64,000 nucleotides of DNA from NCBI GenBank assembly GCA_918797485.1, contig CAKKNE010000005.1, positions 4,588,001 to 4,652,000 on the forward strand, in the 5' to 3' direction. The notes beneath the pieces are model-generated. The model saw only the letters and a list, made by a program, of their open reading frames with translations. It was not told the DNA's origin and searched no databases. Positions 1 through 10,511 of the stretch are shown here, piece by piece (position 1 is the stretch's first letter; the number at the start of each line of letters is the position of its first letter). This stretch comes from Pelagomonas calceolata. Taxonomy: Eukaryota. The position numbers and the translations under genes are program-made.

Positions 1-1877
1 TTCTGCGATAATAAAGCAGCGAAGACGGCGCCGTCCTTTTCTCCGATGCGATTCCACGACAGGTCGACATGAGTTAAGGAAGACGAGGCCCCTAAACAAG
101 CGATCAACTCCAAACACCCGCAGCCGTTCTTCGTGAGTAATTCCAACCCGACCGCAACACCACCTAAGACCTTAGATTGAGCCACCTTTTTCTTGAGCTC
201 GGGCCGCGCGTCCAAGAAACTCCGTTTCGACTGGGCCCACCCTTTGGAGTCCCCAATACTGTTTTTGGTGTGGTGTGCTTTCTTGTCATGCGCCTTGGTC
301 GTCGCTTCTGATGTAGTTCGCATGACCGCGAGGGCCGACGCGCCGTTCGTGTCAGTCGCGCCGCCGAGACCATTACCCGCCACATCCAAGACCTTGAGCG
401 TCTTGGACTTCGCACATTGTTCCAAGATAGGTGCCAATTCCGCGTCGTCGAGATCCGCGTCCGCCAGACCGAGCGACACTATCCCACATTTCTCATGGCT
501 CAAAACTTCGGCCAGCTTCCTGGCCGAGGCATCGTCCAGGTCGTTGGCCGACAGATCCAGGGTCTTGAGCTTCGGGCCTATTTTGATGCATGAATCTAAC
601 AACGGCGTTAATGCATCGTCGCTCCACCGATTGCCCGCCGCGAGCAATTCACCTATTTCTGGTAATTTTGGCAGTACTCGAGCTAATGCCTCACCCAACA
701 CATCGCCCAAGGAACGATGCGACAGATCTAGGGCCGTGGAGTCCGGCCTCGCTAATGCTTCGGCTCTTGTGGAAGGAGGCGTCTCCCGTATCAGGATGCA
801 CTCCGGCGGTAATTGTAAGCGAGCGAGCTCCGCGAGGAAGTCGTGCCTCGGCGAGTTTAATGGTGCAAGTAAGCCCGGTTCCCTCTCATTGTCTGAGTCT
901 AGCTCCGCGTCGAAGGGAACGGGGCCCTTTACCGTAATTTCATCTGTGGTTCTAACATAACAAGCCTGCTGCGAGATCCTCCGGAACGCTTTCCGGAACT
1001 TGTCCCGCGCACCGTCGCCAAAATACGTGTCTATGACAGAAGGTGACAAGCGCTGCGTGCAGGCCTCGTCGGGGAACGGGTAGACTTTTGGAGCGGGCGT
1101 TGGAGGTGGTGTAGGTGGCGGTGTCGGCGGCGGCGTCGGGATGCGAGGAGGTGGTATGGTAGAATCGGGCTGAATGTCCAATATATCATCATAACCCTTC
1201 TGTCGTAACCGGTGGTTCTCCGCAAAGACATCGCCCAGGTCCTCCTCGATTGCGCCCTTTGACAGGACGGGAGCCACTGAGATGCCTTGCACGAAAGACA
1301 CCTGCAGCGGCCCCGCTCGAGGGGGCAGGGGCTTCTTGCCTCCCCTCAAATAGGCCTTTCGCGCGTCCGCGCCTCGTAAGTATTGACGAGGTAGGTCCTT
1401 TCCAGTGATGGGCTCCAAGATGGGATTCAAATCAACCCTATCGGGAGCGTAGATCCGCAGCCCGTCGGCCCAGGACGCTAATTCAGTAACCGTATCTGAT
1501 AAATCATACGCTTTCAGCGTTTGGGCTCTACGACGAACCTTGGCGAGTTTCAGGACCGTACTGCCAATGGGCAATTCTTCCGGCGGCTTTTCGTCGTGGA
1601 TGCTCTTCTTCTTCGGCGGGTCCGGGCGCGAGATGGCGTCTATTCTTTTCCCGCGGATCTTCACGCTGTAGGGCGTCTTGTCCCGGCGCTTCTCGTACTC
1701 GTCTCGCACTTTACTCCGGTTCCGCGCGATGCCCGTGTCGAAACTAATAGTACATCCCTTCAAAGTCTCGGGGCTGAGCGGCTTTTGCGATTTTTTCGTA
1801 ACATTTGATAAATGCGACTCCGCGTAGGACGCGGCGGGCGTCGTGTCGAAGGACACGCGGCTGCCCTGGCGCGACAT
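1..1877 (-). CDS. Leucine-rich repeat (RI-like) protein, truncated by the window edge
   Basis: Manual minus-strand translation from ATG 1877 (MSRQGSRVSF...) gives repeats LDLSHRSLGD, LKTLDLSANDLDD, LKVLDVAGNGLG. It is absent from the ORF track, consistent with no stop inside the window. Confidence 0.75.
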   Translation of the reverse strand, partial: MSRQGSRVSFDTTPAASYAESHLSNVTKKSQKPLSPETLKGCTISFDTGIARNRSKVRDEYEKRRDKTPYSVKIRGKRIDAISRPDPPKKKSIHDEKPPEELPIGSTVLKLAKVRRRAQTLKAYDLSDTVTELASWADGLRIYAPDRVDLNPILEPITGKDLPRQYLRGADARKAYLRGGKKPLPPRAGPLQVSFVQGISVAPVLSKGAIEEDLGDVFAENHRLRQKGYDDILDIQPDSTIPPPRIPTPPPTPPPTPPPTPAPKVYPFPDEACTQRLSPSVIDTYFGDGARDKFRKAFRRISQQACYVRTTDEITVKGPVPFDAELDSDNEREPGLLAPLNSPRHDFLAELARLQLPPECILIRETPPSTRAEALARPDSTALDLSHRSLGDVLGEALARVLPKLPEIGELLAAGNRWSDDALTPLLDSCIKIGPKLKTLDLSANDLDDASARKLAEVLSHEKCGIVSLGLADADLDDAELAPILEQCAKSKTLKVLDVAGNGLGGATDTNGASALAVMRTTSEATTKAHDKKAHHTKNSIGDSKGWAQSKRSFLDARPELKKKVAQSKVLGGVAVGLELLTKNGCGCLELIACLGASSSLTHVDLSWNRIGEKDGAVFAALLSQ

Positions 1878-2174
1878 GCTTGTGTTGCGTGGGGCTGTGA
1901 GAGCAGCCCAGAGGTGCTTGCCAAGAGGTGCTGCCCAGGCGCACGGCTACCGATGCGCAGCAGAGTGGTGGATGGCGCGTGACCAAGTATTGCTGCCCGC
2001 CGCGTCGATGGCGTGCAAGGCGCCCGCTCGTCCCAAGGGCGGCGCCGGGGAGGTGGGCAGCTCTCGCGCTGGCGCTGCAGCGGGAGCTAGATTTTTGCAA
2101 GGCCGAAAGACGGCTCCGAGGGCTCGTTCTCGCGTGCCCTATGGCTCGCTTTGGACGCATTGAAGCCTGCGGTG

Positions 2175-2194
2175 CTAGCGTGTCGACACACTAG
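2175..2194. promoter_or_regulatory. CTAG bipartite upstream element
   Basis: CTAGCGTGTCGACACACTAG between divergent genes. Confidence 0.55.
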
Positions 2195-2266
2195 CTGCGA
2201 CAAAGAGGAGAGCCTGCGACATCATTGCCAAGCGAAAAGCACGAGAAGCAGCCCAAACAAGCTAGG

Positions 2267-3382
2267 ATGATCCTCACGCAGTGCGCCGTCTGCGCCACCG
2301 AGCTTGGGCTAACCTTGGGGAAGAAATGCGGCCGCTGCAGCACGCGCTATTGTGGGCCCGAATGCCAGGTGCAGCACTGGAAAGAGGGCGGTCATGACCA
2401 GCTCTGCAAGAAGATTAAAAAAGCGGGTGGAGCCGAACAGTACAACGCAAATAAGAAGTACGCGGAGGCCGTCGCCGTCGCGGCCGAGGCGTGCGCCGAC
2501 GACACGAGGGGCCAGACGTGCTACATCTGCACGCAGGCCGTCCATTGGAAGACGAAGGAGGGTCTTGTGCGCGGGTGCGCGTGCCGCGGGACGGCGGGCT
2601 TCGCGCACGTGTCGTGTTTGGCGGAGCAGCCGAAGATTCTGGTCGCGGAGGCCGAGGAGAACAATTTGGACCTCGAGGTGAAGCAGGCGAGGTTTAATCG
2701 TTGGCACACTTGTAGCCTGTGCGAGCAAGACTATCACGGCGTGGTTTACTGCGCGCTCGGCTGGGCGTGCTGGAAGACGTACGTGGGTCGGGCGGAGAGG
2801 GATCAGAGTAGGCGCTTGGCGATAAACATGCTCGGGCTCGGTTTAAGTAGTGCAAACCACCATGATGACGCGCTGGTCGTGAAAGAGGCCACTTTGGCTA
2901 TAATGCGGCGCCTTGGCGACTCAGAAGACAACATGCTTGCCGTGCAGAGTAATCTTGCGAATACGTATGAGGTGCTCGGACAATATGAACGGGCCCTGCA
3001 GATGCGGCAGGAGGCGTACTCTGGACGTGTGAGGCTCAACGGTGAAGAACATGCACAAACCCTCCGAGCGGCCGACAACTACGCGCTATCTCTTCTTAAA
3101 CTACGGCGCTTCGAAGAAGCGAAGAGATTGCTACGCAAAGTGGCGCCAGTGGCGCGACGCGTCCTCGGTAAGGACCACGAGCTCACGTTGTCTTTGCGCG
3201 AGGACCTCTGTCACGCGATGCTAGACGAGGACTCTGCCGCCGACGAAAAGCGCGAGGCGCTTGAGATGCTCAAGGACACGGCAGGGGCAATGCGCCGCGT
3301 CCTGGGCCCGGATCACCCAGATACCGTGCACGCCCAAACTAGGCTGGAGTCTTACGTGGAAAAGTACCGCGAGTCGGTTTGA
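2267..3382 (+). CDS. MYND zinc finger + RING-CH (RINGv)-like + TPR repeat protein
   Basis: CAVC..CGRC..YCGPECQVQHWK..H..C (MYND); CYIC..GCACRGTAGFAHVSCL (RINGv-like); kinesin-light-chain-type TPRs (RRVLGPDHPDT). Paralog at 25359-27047. Confidence 0.85.
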   Translation: MILTQCAVCATELGLTLGKKCGRCSTRYCGPECQVQHWKEGGHDQLCKKIKKAGGAEQYNANKKYAEAVAVAAEACADDTRGQTCYICTQAVHWKTKEGLVRGCACRGTAGFAHVSCLAEQPKILVAEAEENNLDLEVKQARFNRWHTCSLCEQDYHGVVYCALGWACWKTYVGRAERDQSRRLAINMLGLGLSSANHHDDALVVKEATLAIMRRLGDSEDNMLAVQSNLANTYEVLGQYERALQMRQEAYSGRVRLNGEEHAQTLRAADNYALSLLKLRRFEEAKRLLRKVAPVARRVLGKDHELTLSLREDLCHAMLDEDSAADEKREALEMLKDTAGAMRRVLGPDHPDTVHAQTRLESYVEKYRESV

Positions 3383-3423
3383 CAGCTTCGCGCGTACTTC
3401 TAGTAAGAAAAATAGTACTTCTC

Positions 3424-4536
3424 TTAATCGCCCCCAGCAGCGGCCTCCTCCTCGTCCTCGACAACCCCCGGCAGCCGCGCCGTCGTCTCGTGCGGCTGGC
3501 CGCGCTTCCGCTTCGCCGACACCGCGCAGCCGAGCCGCGCCTTGAGCAGCGCCGTGCAGCGCTTGACCGTGGCCCGGAGCGCGCGCGCCGCGTCCTCGAC
3601 CCTTAACCGCCCGCCGCCGGCCCGCAGCAACGCGAAGAGCACCGCGACCGTCAAAGCGTCTTGCAACGGCGCCGCGCGGCAGTCGTATCTATACGATCCC
3701 GCCGCCGTCTTGGAGGCCTGGGCGTACGTCTCCAGGATCGCGCCCAGGACGGCCTCGGGCATCTGCCGCTCGCGCGCGACGGCAACCACCCTACACGTGC
3801 CCTTCTGGTCCAGCGACCGGAACTCCAACAAGTGCCGCGCCAACAGTAAATCGCGCGTTTGAGCTTCGTCCGCGTCTTTTAGCTGAGATACGATGAAGAC
3901 GGGCCACGCCTCGGGCACCCACGAGTCCCGGCCTCGTTCGGAAGCCAGCGCTTGTAACGCCCTTTTCTGCGCATCTAGAGAGGAACCATGCGCCGCAAAG
4001 GCATTATCAAAGGTCGTCGAGACGACCTCGAGGCCGGACTTTTCCTCCTCGGCTTGTTGTTGACTAGCTTTCTCCTCGAGCTCTTTTACCGTACTGCTAA
4101 GGTCGGCACCGCCGAACGTCGCTTCCGGCGCGACCCTGTTCGCGGCGCGCTGCCGCAATTGCCTCTGGGCTTTAGGCGTCTGGAACGCGTCCGCGATGGC
4201 TATTTTTTTGTCGAGCCAGTCGCCCTCGGGCAATGCGCTTCCCGTTTCTGGCGCTTTGGCCTGCAAAGGGTCGGCGTACATGTCGAACTCGTCGGCGTAC
4301 TTGAAGTCGACGCGGCCCGTCGTCTTGTCGTAGACGCCGACGGCCCAGCGCGCGTGCGGGTCGTCCTTCGGGGGTTCGAGCTTCTTGCACGTGTACTTCA
4401 TCACGTTGCTCTGGCCTTCTAGTTCGCCTTCGTCGTTGACCGCTAAATCAACATGTTGCACGTGGTCCAAGTTGAGCGGGCACCTTATCACTCGGTGCGT
4501 GCCGTCCAACGCGTGGGCCGTGGCCTGGTCGGCCAT
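3424..4536 (-). CDS. RNA polymerase I subunit A49 (RPA49/POLR1E)-like
   Basis: WAVGVYDKTTG and IADAFQTPKAQRQLRQRAANRV resemble conserved A49 motifs. Start taken at ATG 4536. Confidence 0.65.
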   Translation of the reverse strand: MADQATAHALDGTHRVIRCPLNLDHVQHVDLAVNDEGELEGQSNVMKYTCKKLEPPKDDPHARWAVGVYDKTTGRVDFKYADEFDMYADPLQAKAPETGSALPEGDWLDKKIAIADAFQTPKAQRQLRQRAANRVAPEATFGGADLSSTVKELEEKASQQQAEEEKSGLEVVSTTFDNAFAAHGSSLDAQKRALQALASERGRDSWVPEAWPVFIVSQLKDADEAQTRDLLLARHLLEFRSLDQKGTCRVVAVARERQMPEAVLGAILETYAQASKTAAGSYRYDCRAAPLQDALTVAVLFALLRAGGGRLRVEDAARALRATVKRCTALLKARLGCAVSAKRKRGQPHETTARLPGVVEDEEEAAAGGD

Positions 4537-5043
4537 CGCCTCGGCTTGTGCCTCGGAGTGCACACTGTCTCGCAAGCTCTTGCCGTATTTTCGGCTCCGC
4601 GCGCGGAGTAATTGCTCCGAGTGCAGCTGCACTGTCGCCGGCTCAGGCTCCCGCCAGGCGCAACGCTGTGCCTCACCGCTCCTCAGCCTTCTTCAACGGG
4701 GTGAATGCTAACTTTTACGAAGGTGTGGCGAGTAATTAGCTCGGCGCGCGGCGTATAATCGATCGAGAGCAAGGCTGCGAGAGCAGCCCGCACGCACTCG
4801 ACGCTTGCTGCACCACGGCTCCGCGCGCTAAAAGCTGCACTGCAAGCGCGTCTGCGCATTCATTTATTGCTTGCAAGAACGTCCGCGACACGTGCGATTC
4901 GCACAATCGCGCCACACCGCGTGCCACTGCTCTCAAGTGCTTGCACACAAACTCGCCGCGCGGCGCAGTGCGTGACACGCGAGCGGACGCCATCGCTGCG
5001 CTGTGACACGTGAGCGCACGCCATCGCTGCACAACACAAAAAG

Positions 5044-5736
5044 ATGCCAAACGCCGCCGCCGCCGAGGACCTCGCCGCGGCCTTCGCCGACGTGCGGTCA
5101 AGGCGACAAAACAAAGAGACGATACGGCGCCCGCGCGTCTACGAGCCGCTGCCCGGCGACTATGTAGTAGGGAGAGTAGAAGAAAGGAACGCCGAGGGCT
5201 ATAAGGTGAAATTGATGGGCGCGGCGGTGCCGGGCGTGCTCGGCGCCGTGGCGTTTGATGGGGCGACGAAACGAACAAGGCCCCACTTGAATATTGACGA
5301 CCTCGTGTACTGCCGCGTGCTGCGCGTGCCGCGGGGCGGCGAGGCGGAGTTGACTTGTTGTGCGCCGCCGAAAGGGCCGCGGCGCGAGTGGACGACGGGC
5401 GCGGCGACGTTCGGGCCTCTATCTTCATCTGAAGCATTAATTGCCGTCGTGCCTCCCCAATTCGCGGAATTGTTGCTGGAGCGCGACGCGCCGGTACTGA
5501 AAGCGCTCGCGCAATATATCGCGTACGAGGTCGCGATCGGCCTGAACGGGCGAGTGTGGTGCCGCGCGGCGACTTTAGGTGATGCGATCGTCGTCGCGAA
5601 CGCGCTGGAAAACGCCGCTTTCTTAGAGGATACTGCGGTGGCGCCCATGGTCGGACAGGTGATCAACGCGATGCGTGCGAAGACGGCGTCGCAGGGGGGC
5701 TACGCGCAAGCTGTATCGGGGGATAATCCTAGTTAG
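5044..5736 (+). CDS. RRP40: Exosome complex component RRP40 (EXOSC3)
   Basis: YEPLPGDYVVGRV...AFDGATKRTRPHLNIDDLVYCRV (S1 domain) and YEVAIGLNGRVW (KH domain). Confidence 0.88.
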   Translation: MPNAAAAEDLAAAFADVRSRRQNKETIRRPRVYEPLPGDYVVGRVEERNAEGYKVKLMGAAVPGVLGAVAFDGATKRTRPHLNIDDLVYCRVLRVPRGGEAELTCCAPPKGPRREWTTGAATFGPLSSSEALIAVVPPQFAELLLERDAPVLKALAQYIAYEVAIGLNGRVWCRAATLGDAIVVANALENAAFLEDTAVAPMVGQVINAMRAKTASQGGYAQAVSGDNPS

Positions 5737-5737
5737 C

Positions 5738-6924
5738 TTACGCATCCTCGTGCAAGAACCGCTCGAACTCCGTCCCGGTCAGCGTCTTCACGACGACGTT
5801 CCAGTTCAGGACCGTCTCGTTCAGGCGCTTCGAGTGGATCTTGAGCACCGCGCGCGCGCCCGGGCCGTCGACCTCCCGCGACGTGTCCAACGCACTGGGG
5901 CACTTCGAGCCGCCGCCCTGGAGCCAGTTCGCGAGCTGGGCGAACGCCGTCGCGTTCGCTGATAAATCTTCGTAGGCCACCATGCGCGTCTCGAGGCCCG
6001 CGGCCCGCGCCTTGTCCCGGAGGTGGCCGAGCTCGCTGTAGGCGTTCTTCACGTTCTTGAGCTGCCGGAGCATCTCCCACCGACCGCTTGTGTCGAGCTT
6101 GACCTTTTTCTTCGCAATGCGCTGTAGGTCCTCAGGTTTTGGGTGCGCGTCGTGAGTCTTCCAGTTGGACGCGCGAGAGACCTGTGTGGAAATCAACCAG
6201 TGCGTCGGGTGCTCGGTCCTGGCTCGGTCGAGCGGTGAGGAACCCGCCATAGCGCAGGCGTCGCGTCGATGGCGTGGAGGACGACGCGACGATTCAGCAC
6301 GAACGTGCCGCGGCCGGGCCGTAATTTTTTTTGATTTCAGCGCAGCGCGAGACGACGGTCGCGAGGTGGTTCCGCCGTCGTAAAAAGAGCACCTTGACCC
6401 CCCTGTGCTTCCACATGCGCTTGAGCCAGGGCCAGTCGCGCATCATACCCCCGACGCCAATTTTAGATCGGGGCCCCGGCTTGCCCGCATTGAGCAGGTA
6501 CTTCCAGCCGACGACGGCGGGCAGGGACGAGCGATTCTGGCGCGCGGCGAAGTCGCGGACTTCGCTTCGAAACTGCGTGGGGAGCTGCGTCGGTGGCGTA
6601 GCAAGATTTTGAAGTCGGACGCCGGCCGCGGACCTTCTTAAACTTCTCCGAGCACTTGTGGGGCTTCTGCTTTTTGTCGACGTCGGACCCGTAGAGCGTC
6701 TTCAGGCACCGGACACGTGAAGACTCCGTCCAAGTGAAGCCCTTGTGGTCGAGGAAGAGCTCCGTGCCCGTGGCGATGCACGACGAGTGCTTCGAAAGCT
6801 CGCTCATGACCCACGTGCTTCCCGTGCGCTGCGTCGCCAGTAAAATGAAGTGGGCCGTCGGCTCCGCTCGCTCGGCGACGACCGCCGCCGCCGCGGCGAG
6901 GAGCAAAAATTTGTGAGGTTTCAT
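5738..6924 (-). CDS. Secreted/Golgi sulfotransferase (Stf0-like), 3 exons; introns 6573-6633 and 6182-6353
   Basis: Signal peptide; 5'PSB motif ATQRTGSTW; 3'PB motif FLRRRNHLATVVSR; YEDL motif. Removing two GT-AG introns joins the fragments in frame. Confidence 0.75.
6182..6345. mobile_element. Introner element (TIR MITE forming intron 6182-6353)
   Basis: TIRs CTGTGTGGAAATCAA / TTGATTTCAGCGCAG; TSD (minus strand) GTCTCGCG / GTCTCTCG; core CGCGTCGATGGCGTGGAG. Confidence 0.88.
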
Positions 6925-7044
6925 TGTCTCATGTTTACGCCATTAACAGATCTCAGCTCTTTCATGAGCGATCATAGGTGACACGATAGTGACGAATTTG
7001 GTCTCCGCGCGCTCCTGGTCTCGCGCTGCCTCGCGCTGCCAAAG

Positions 7045-7066
7045 CTAGCGGCCTGTAAGACACTAG
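7045..7066. promoter_or_regulatory. CTAG bipartite upstream element
   Basis: CTAGCGGCCTGTAAGACACTAG between divergent genes. Confidence 0.7.
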
Positions 7067-7231
7067 CCAGGCGCTCCAGTTTTGGTGATAGCTTTTATTT
7101 CACGCCACGACTGCGTTTATACGCAGCTGTTGTGTGTTTCCTCCACCTCATTGGTCATAGCAGTCGTCGGTGCTATCTGCGAACCTCGGCACCTCGATTC
7201 GACACAGCACACGTAAGACTGCGGAGGAGCG

Positions 7232-8341
7232 ATGCTGCCGCGCGCCGGCCTCCGGACGTTGCTCGCGGCGCGGCACCGCGTCGTCCGCGGCGCGCCGTCG
7301 CCGCGCGCGACGCTGCACCACCTCGCCAGGCGGCCGCCGCGCCGCGCGCCCGCGCCGTACCATCGCGTACTGTCGTCAAAAGCAAAAAGAGATTACTATG
7401 AAGTGCTCGGCGTGCCGCGGAGCGCGACCGCCGCGGAGATCAAAAAAGCCTACCGCAAGCTCGCCAAGGAGCACCACCCCGACGCCGGCGGCGACGCCGC
7501 CAAGTTCCAGGAGGCTAGTGAAGCCTACGAGGTGCTGAGCGACACGGAGAAGCGCCAGGGCTACGACGCGTACGGCCACGCGGCGCAGGACCTCGGGGGA
7601 GGCGGCGACCCCTTCGAGGCCTTCCGCCAGGCCTTTGGGGGCCAGGCCGGGGGCTTCCACTTCCACCAGCAGGGCGGCGGCCAGGAGCCCTTCGAAGACT
7701 TGCTGAACGAGTTTTTCGGGGGCGGGCAAAGGAGGCGGGGTCCGCGTCGAGGCGCGGACCTCCAGTTGACTTTGAGGCTATCCTTCATGGAGGCGGCTCG
7801 AGGCGTGCAGGAGAAGACCTTGGAGTGGCACGAGGTCGCGCGCGACGGTAGGAGAGGCGATCGGAAATCTGTGGATGTGCGCGTGCCGGCCGGCGTCGAC
7901 TCGGGCATGCAGATCCGCTTGAGCGGCAAGGGCGGCCAGGGCGACCCCGGGGCGCCGTCGGGCGACTTGTTCGTGCAGATCGAGGTCGAGCCGGACTCGT
8001 ATTTCGAACGGGACGGTCCGGATATTCATGTGGCACTGGAGGTGCCCTTCGCCGACGCCGCGCTCGGTGCGACGGTCGACGTGCTGACGCTGGACGGCAT
8101 CGTCCAGCTCAAAGTGCCCCCGGGCTGCCAGCCTTTATCGAAGTTAAGGTTGCGGGGCAAGGGCCTGCCGTCGGTCGATCGGCGCGGGCGAGGCAACCAG
8201 ATCGTGACGGTCCACGTGACCGTGCCCGAGGTCCTCTCGCCGCGCCAGAAGGAGCTCCTCGAGGAGTTTAGGAATGAAGAGCCCGCGGAGGAGTCGCCGG
8301 CGCAGCGGGCGCTGAAGCGGTTGCGGGGCTTCTTTAGTTAA
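7232..8341 (+). CDS. DnaJ/Hsp40 chaperone, probably mitochondrial, lacking the zinc-finger region
   Basis: Arg-rich presequence; J domain [13 protein letters not shown] region; DnaJ C-terminal domain. Confidence 0.9.
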   Translation: MLPRAGLRTLLAARHRVVRGAPSPRATLHHLARRPPRRAPAPYHRVLSSKAKRDYYEVLGVPRSATAAEIKKAYRKLAKEHHPDAGGDAAKFQEASEAYEVLSDTEKRQGYDAYGHAAQDLGGGGDPFEAFRQAFGGQAGGFHFHQQGGGQEPFEDLLNEFFGGGQRRRGPRRGADLQLTLRLSFMEAARGVQEKTLEWHEVARDGRRGDRKSVDVRVPAGVDSGMQIRLSGKGGQGDPGAPSGDLFVQIEVEPDSYFERDGPDIHVALEVPFADAALGATVDVLTLDGIVQLKVPPGCQPLSKLRLRGKGLPSVDRRGRGNQIVTVHVTVPEVLSPRQKELLEEFRNEEPAEESPAQRALKRLRGFFS

Positions 8342-8551
8342 CTTGAATTTAGTGTGTCACATAACGGCTCGCGTCGATGGCGTCCAAGGACTCGGACGTC
8401 CAAGTGGGCCATTGAAGTGGCGTCCCAAAACGGCGTGCCGCGTCGATCGTGTCGGGACCGGTGGCGTCCCAGTCAGGGTGGTGTCGGCGGTGTTAGTTCA
8501 CTTAGTTATGTTAATGTCTCAAACAAATGGGGCGGCGGAGGACAGGCGCCA

Positions 8552-9379
8552 CTAGCCCTGCAGCAGCCGGTCCGCGGCCGCGGCGACGTCGTCGTGGCAC
8601 GCCAGGAGCGCCGCGAAGGCGCGGTCCCGGTCGAAGCCCATCGACACCAAAGAAGCGACGTGGTCGTCGGACGGCTGGACCTGCTGGAAGCGGTCTTCGG
8701 CCGGCGGCGGCACGGAGCGCGGCGGCGGGTCGTCGTCGACAGGCATTTGTCGAGGAGGCGGCCGCCGGCGCGGCGCGAAGAGCGGCTCCAGGAATTTGGG
8801 CAGCGCCAACCGTCGCAGCAGGGGCACCGTGTCGGACAGGTAGAGGAAGCCCGCCAATAAACCGCACGCCGCGGGCACGCCCGACCTAGAACCTTGGCAG
8901 ACGAAGAGCTGCGCGCCCACCAGATACATGAGCGACTTGTCCGAGAGCGTGATACCTAGCACGCGCATCAGCTTCGGCTGCGCCACGGGGATCATGTCGT
9001 AGAAGAGCGCGTACAATCCAAATATCAATGCGTAGGGCCCCGACGCCGGCGCTTTGATGAACCTGGGAAAGAGGGTGGCGCCGCCCACTACTAGTAGCGT
9101 GGTGATCGCAGATGTGCTCAACACAAAACCGCAGAATTTTCTAGACCCGAGATATCTCTCGAAGCGCCGGAATCGAAACAGCGCGATGCTTCCCAGCGCC
9201 GCCTCGCCCAATCCATCAAAGACCCAGTGGTGGCTGATCAGTCGCAACCATTCTCCTCGTGCCAGTACGGCGCCGAGGTCCAATGCTAGTCGGGCCTTCG
9301 CGCTCGCGGGGAGGAAGAAGGCCGAGGCGAGGCCGCCGCAGGCGACGATGCGGCAGACCGGCGCGCCCTCGAAGTTCAT
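8552..9379 (-). CDS. Rhomboid-like pseudoprotease with C-terminal UBA domain (UBAC2/Dsc2-like)
   Basis: GEWLRL, FRRFERYLGSRKF, SGPYALIF, LSDKSLMYL; UBA LVSMGFDRDRA..AADRLL. Confidence 0.82.
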   Translation of the reverse strand: MNFEGAPVCRIVACGGLASAFFLPASAKARLALDLGAVLARGEWLRLISHHWVFDGLGEAALGSIALFRFRRFERYLGSRKFCGFVLSTSAITTLLVVGGATLFPRFIKAPASGPYALIFGLYALFYDMIPVAQPKLMRVLGITLSDKSLMYLVGAQLFVCQGSRSGVPAACGLLAGFLYLSDTVPLLRRLALPKFLEPLFAPRRRPPPRQMPVDDDPPPRSVPPPAEDRFQQVQPSDDHVASLVSMGFDRDRAFAALLACHDDVAAAADRLLQG

Positions 9380-9598
9380 CGCGTCGTTTGCGTGTCACTT
9401 GCTTACCGCTGCGACGGCGCGCGCCGCCAGCGAGGCCGGCGGCCCAGGAGGCCTTTTTGTTACTTTTGCAGCTCGCGCTGGTTCCGCGCTCAACGCCTCA
9501 CGCTGGTGGCGGAGGAGAGTAGTGATGCCAAGCCGTGGCGTGTGTCTGTGGCGCGTGTTTAGCGCACGCGCGGCTGGGGACTTCGGCTTGCTTGTTGG

Positions 9599-9619
9599 CT
9601 AGTGTCTTACAGCCGCTAG
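9599..9619. promoter_or_regulatory. CTAG bipartite upstream element
   Basis: CTAGTGTCTTACAGCCGCTAG about 220 bp upstream of the UBAC2-like start. Confidence 0.7.
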
Positions 9620-9801
9620 CGCGCATCGGGCCCACGGATATTCGAGGCCGGTGCGAGTCAGTCGGGGTGGCGCCGTCCGACGCGACACGCCGTCGATGAT
9701 CTCTTTTTAATCGGGAGGGATAGGAAGTTCTGGGGGGGCGACGTCGGCAAGGCCGGTAGCGCCGTCGAAGCGACGGGGGGGGGGACAGGGCGGACGGTGC
9801 C

Positions 9802-10389
9802 TCAGAGGGCCGGCCCGTCGAAGGTGTCGGCGCGCGGCTTGAGCTTCGGCGTGCCCTCCTCGGGCTCGCCGGGCGCCGCGTCGTCATCAGCGCCCTTCGC
9901 GGCCGCGGCCGCCGCCGACGCCTCGGCCAATGCTTCGGCGTCCGCGCGGTCGATGGGCGCGAGGGGCTGCGGGAAGCCCGGGTTGCCCGGCTGGTAGTAC
10001 TGCGGGTACGCGTAGCCATAGGCGTACTGCGCCGGGTCGTAGGCCACGGGCTGCACGTACGGGTACGGGTACTGCTGCTGGTAGGCGTAGTAGTACATGA
10101 GCTGCTGGTGCTGCTCCGGCGTCATTGTATTCCCAGTGACGGGAGCGCTCGGCTGCTGCCTCCTATTCTGCTCGCCGCCCCTACGACCTCGACGATTCGG
10201 GCTCGCCGGGCGCCGCGGCGGTCGCGGCGACGGCTCCCCAGAAAGCACATCATCTAAATCGGGGCCCTTCGCATCTTCGAGTCTTCGCGCGTCCACACAC
10301 TTCGTGCGATCCTTATAAGACGCTACCGAGTAAGATGATTCTCCCGCGCGACCCCGATGCGCCACCGGGCGGCCCTGGTATTCTAGCAT
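9802..10389 (-). CDS. Hypothetical low-complexity (Y/Q/P-rich) protein
   Basis: 195-aa ATG ORF with coding-like composition; no recognisable domain. Confidence 0.45.
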   Translation of the reverse strand: MLEYQGRPVAHRGRAGESSYSVASYKDRTKCVDARRLEDAKGPDLDDVLSGEPSPRPPRRPASPNRRGRRGGEQNRRQQPSAPVTGNTMTPEQHQQLMYYYAYQQQYPYPYVQPVAYDPAQYAYGYAYPQYYQPGNPGFPQPLAPIDRADAEALAEASAAAAAAKGADDDAAPGEPEEGTPKLKPRADTFDGPAL

Positions 10390-10511
10390 CCGGCCTGCTC
10401 CCTCCCTCGCCGTCGTCGCCTCCGGGCTAACACCCAGAGGCGACGGTGTGAGGGCTGGGGGCGGGGCAGACCCGCGTCGGCCCCGCGGCTAGAAGCAAAC
10501 TACAAACAATG

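Noticed and set aside
193..960. 255-aa plus-strand ORF
   Set aside because: It is the antisense shadow of the minus-strand LRR gene that runs off the window.
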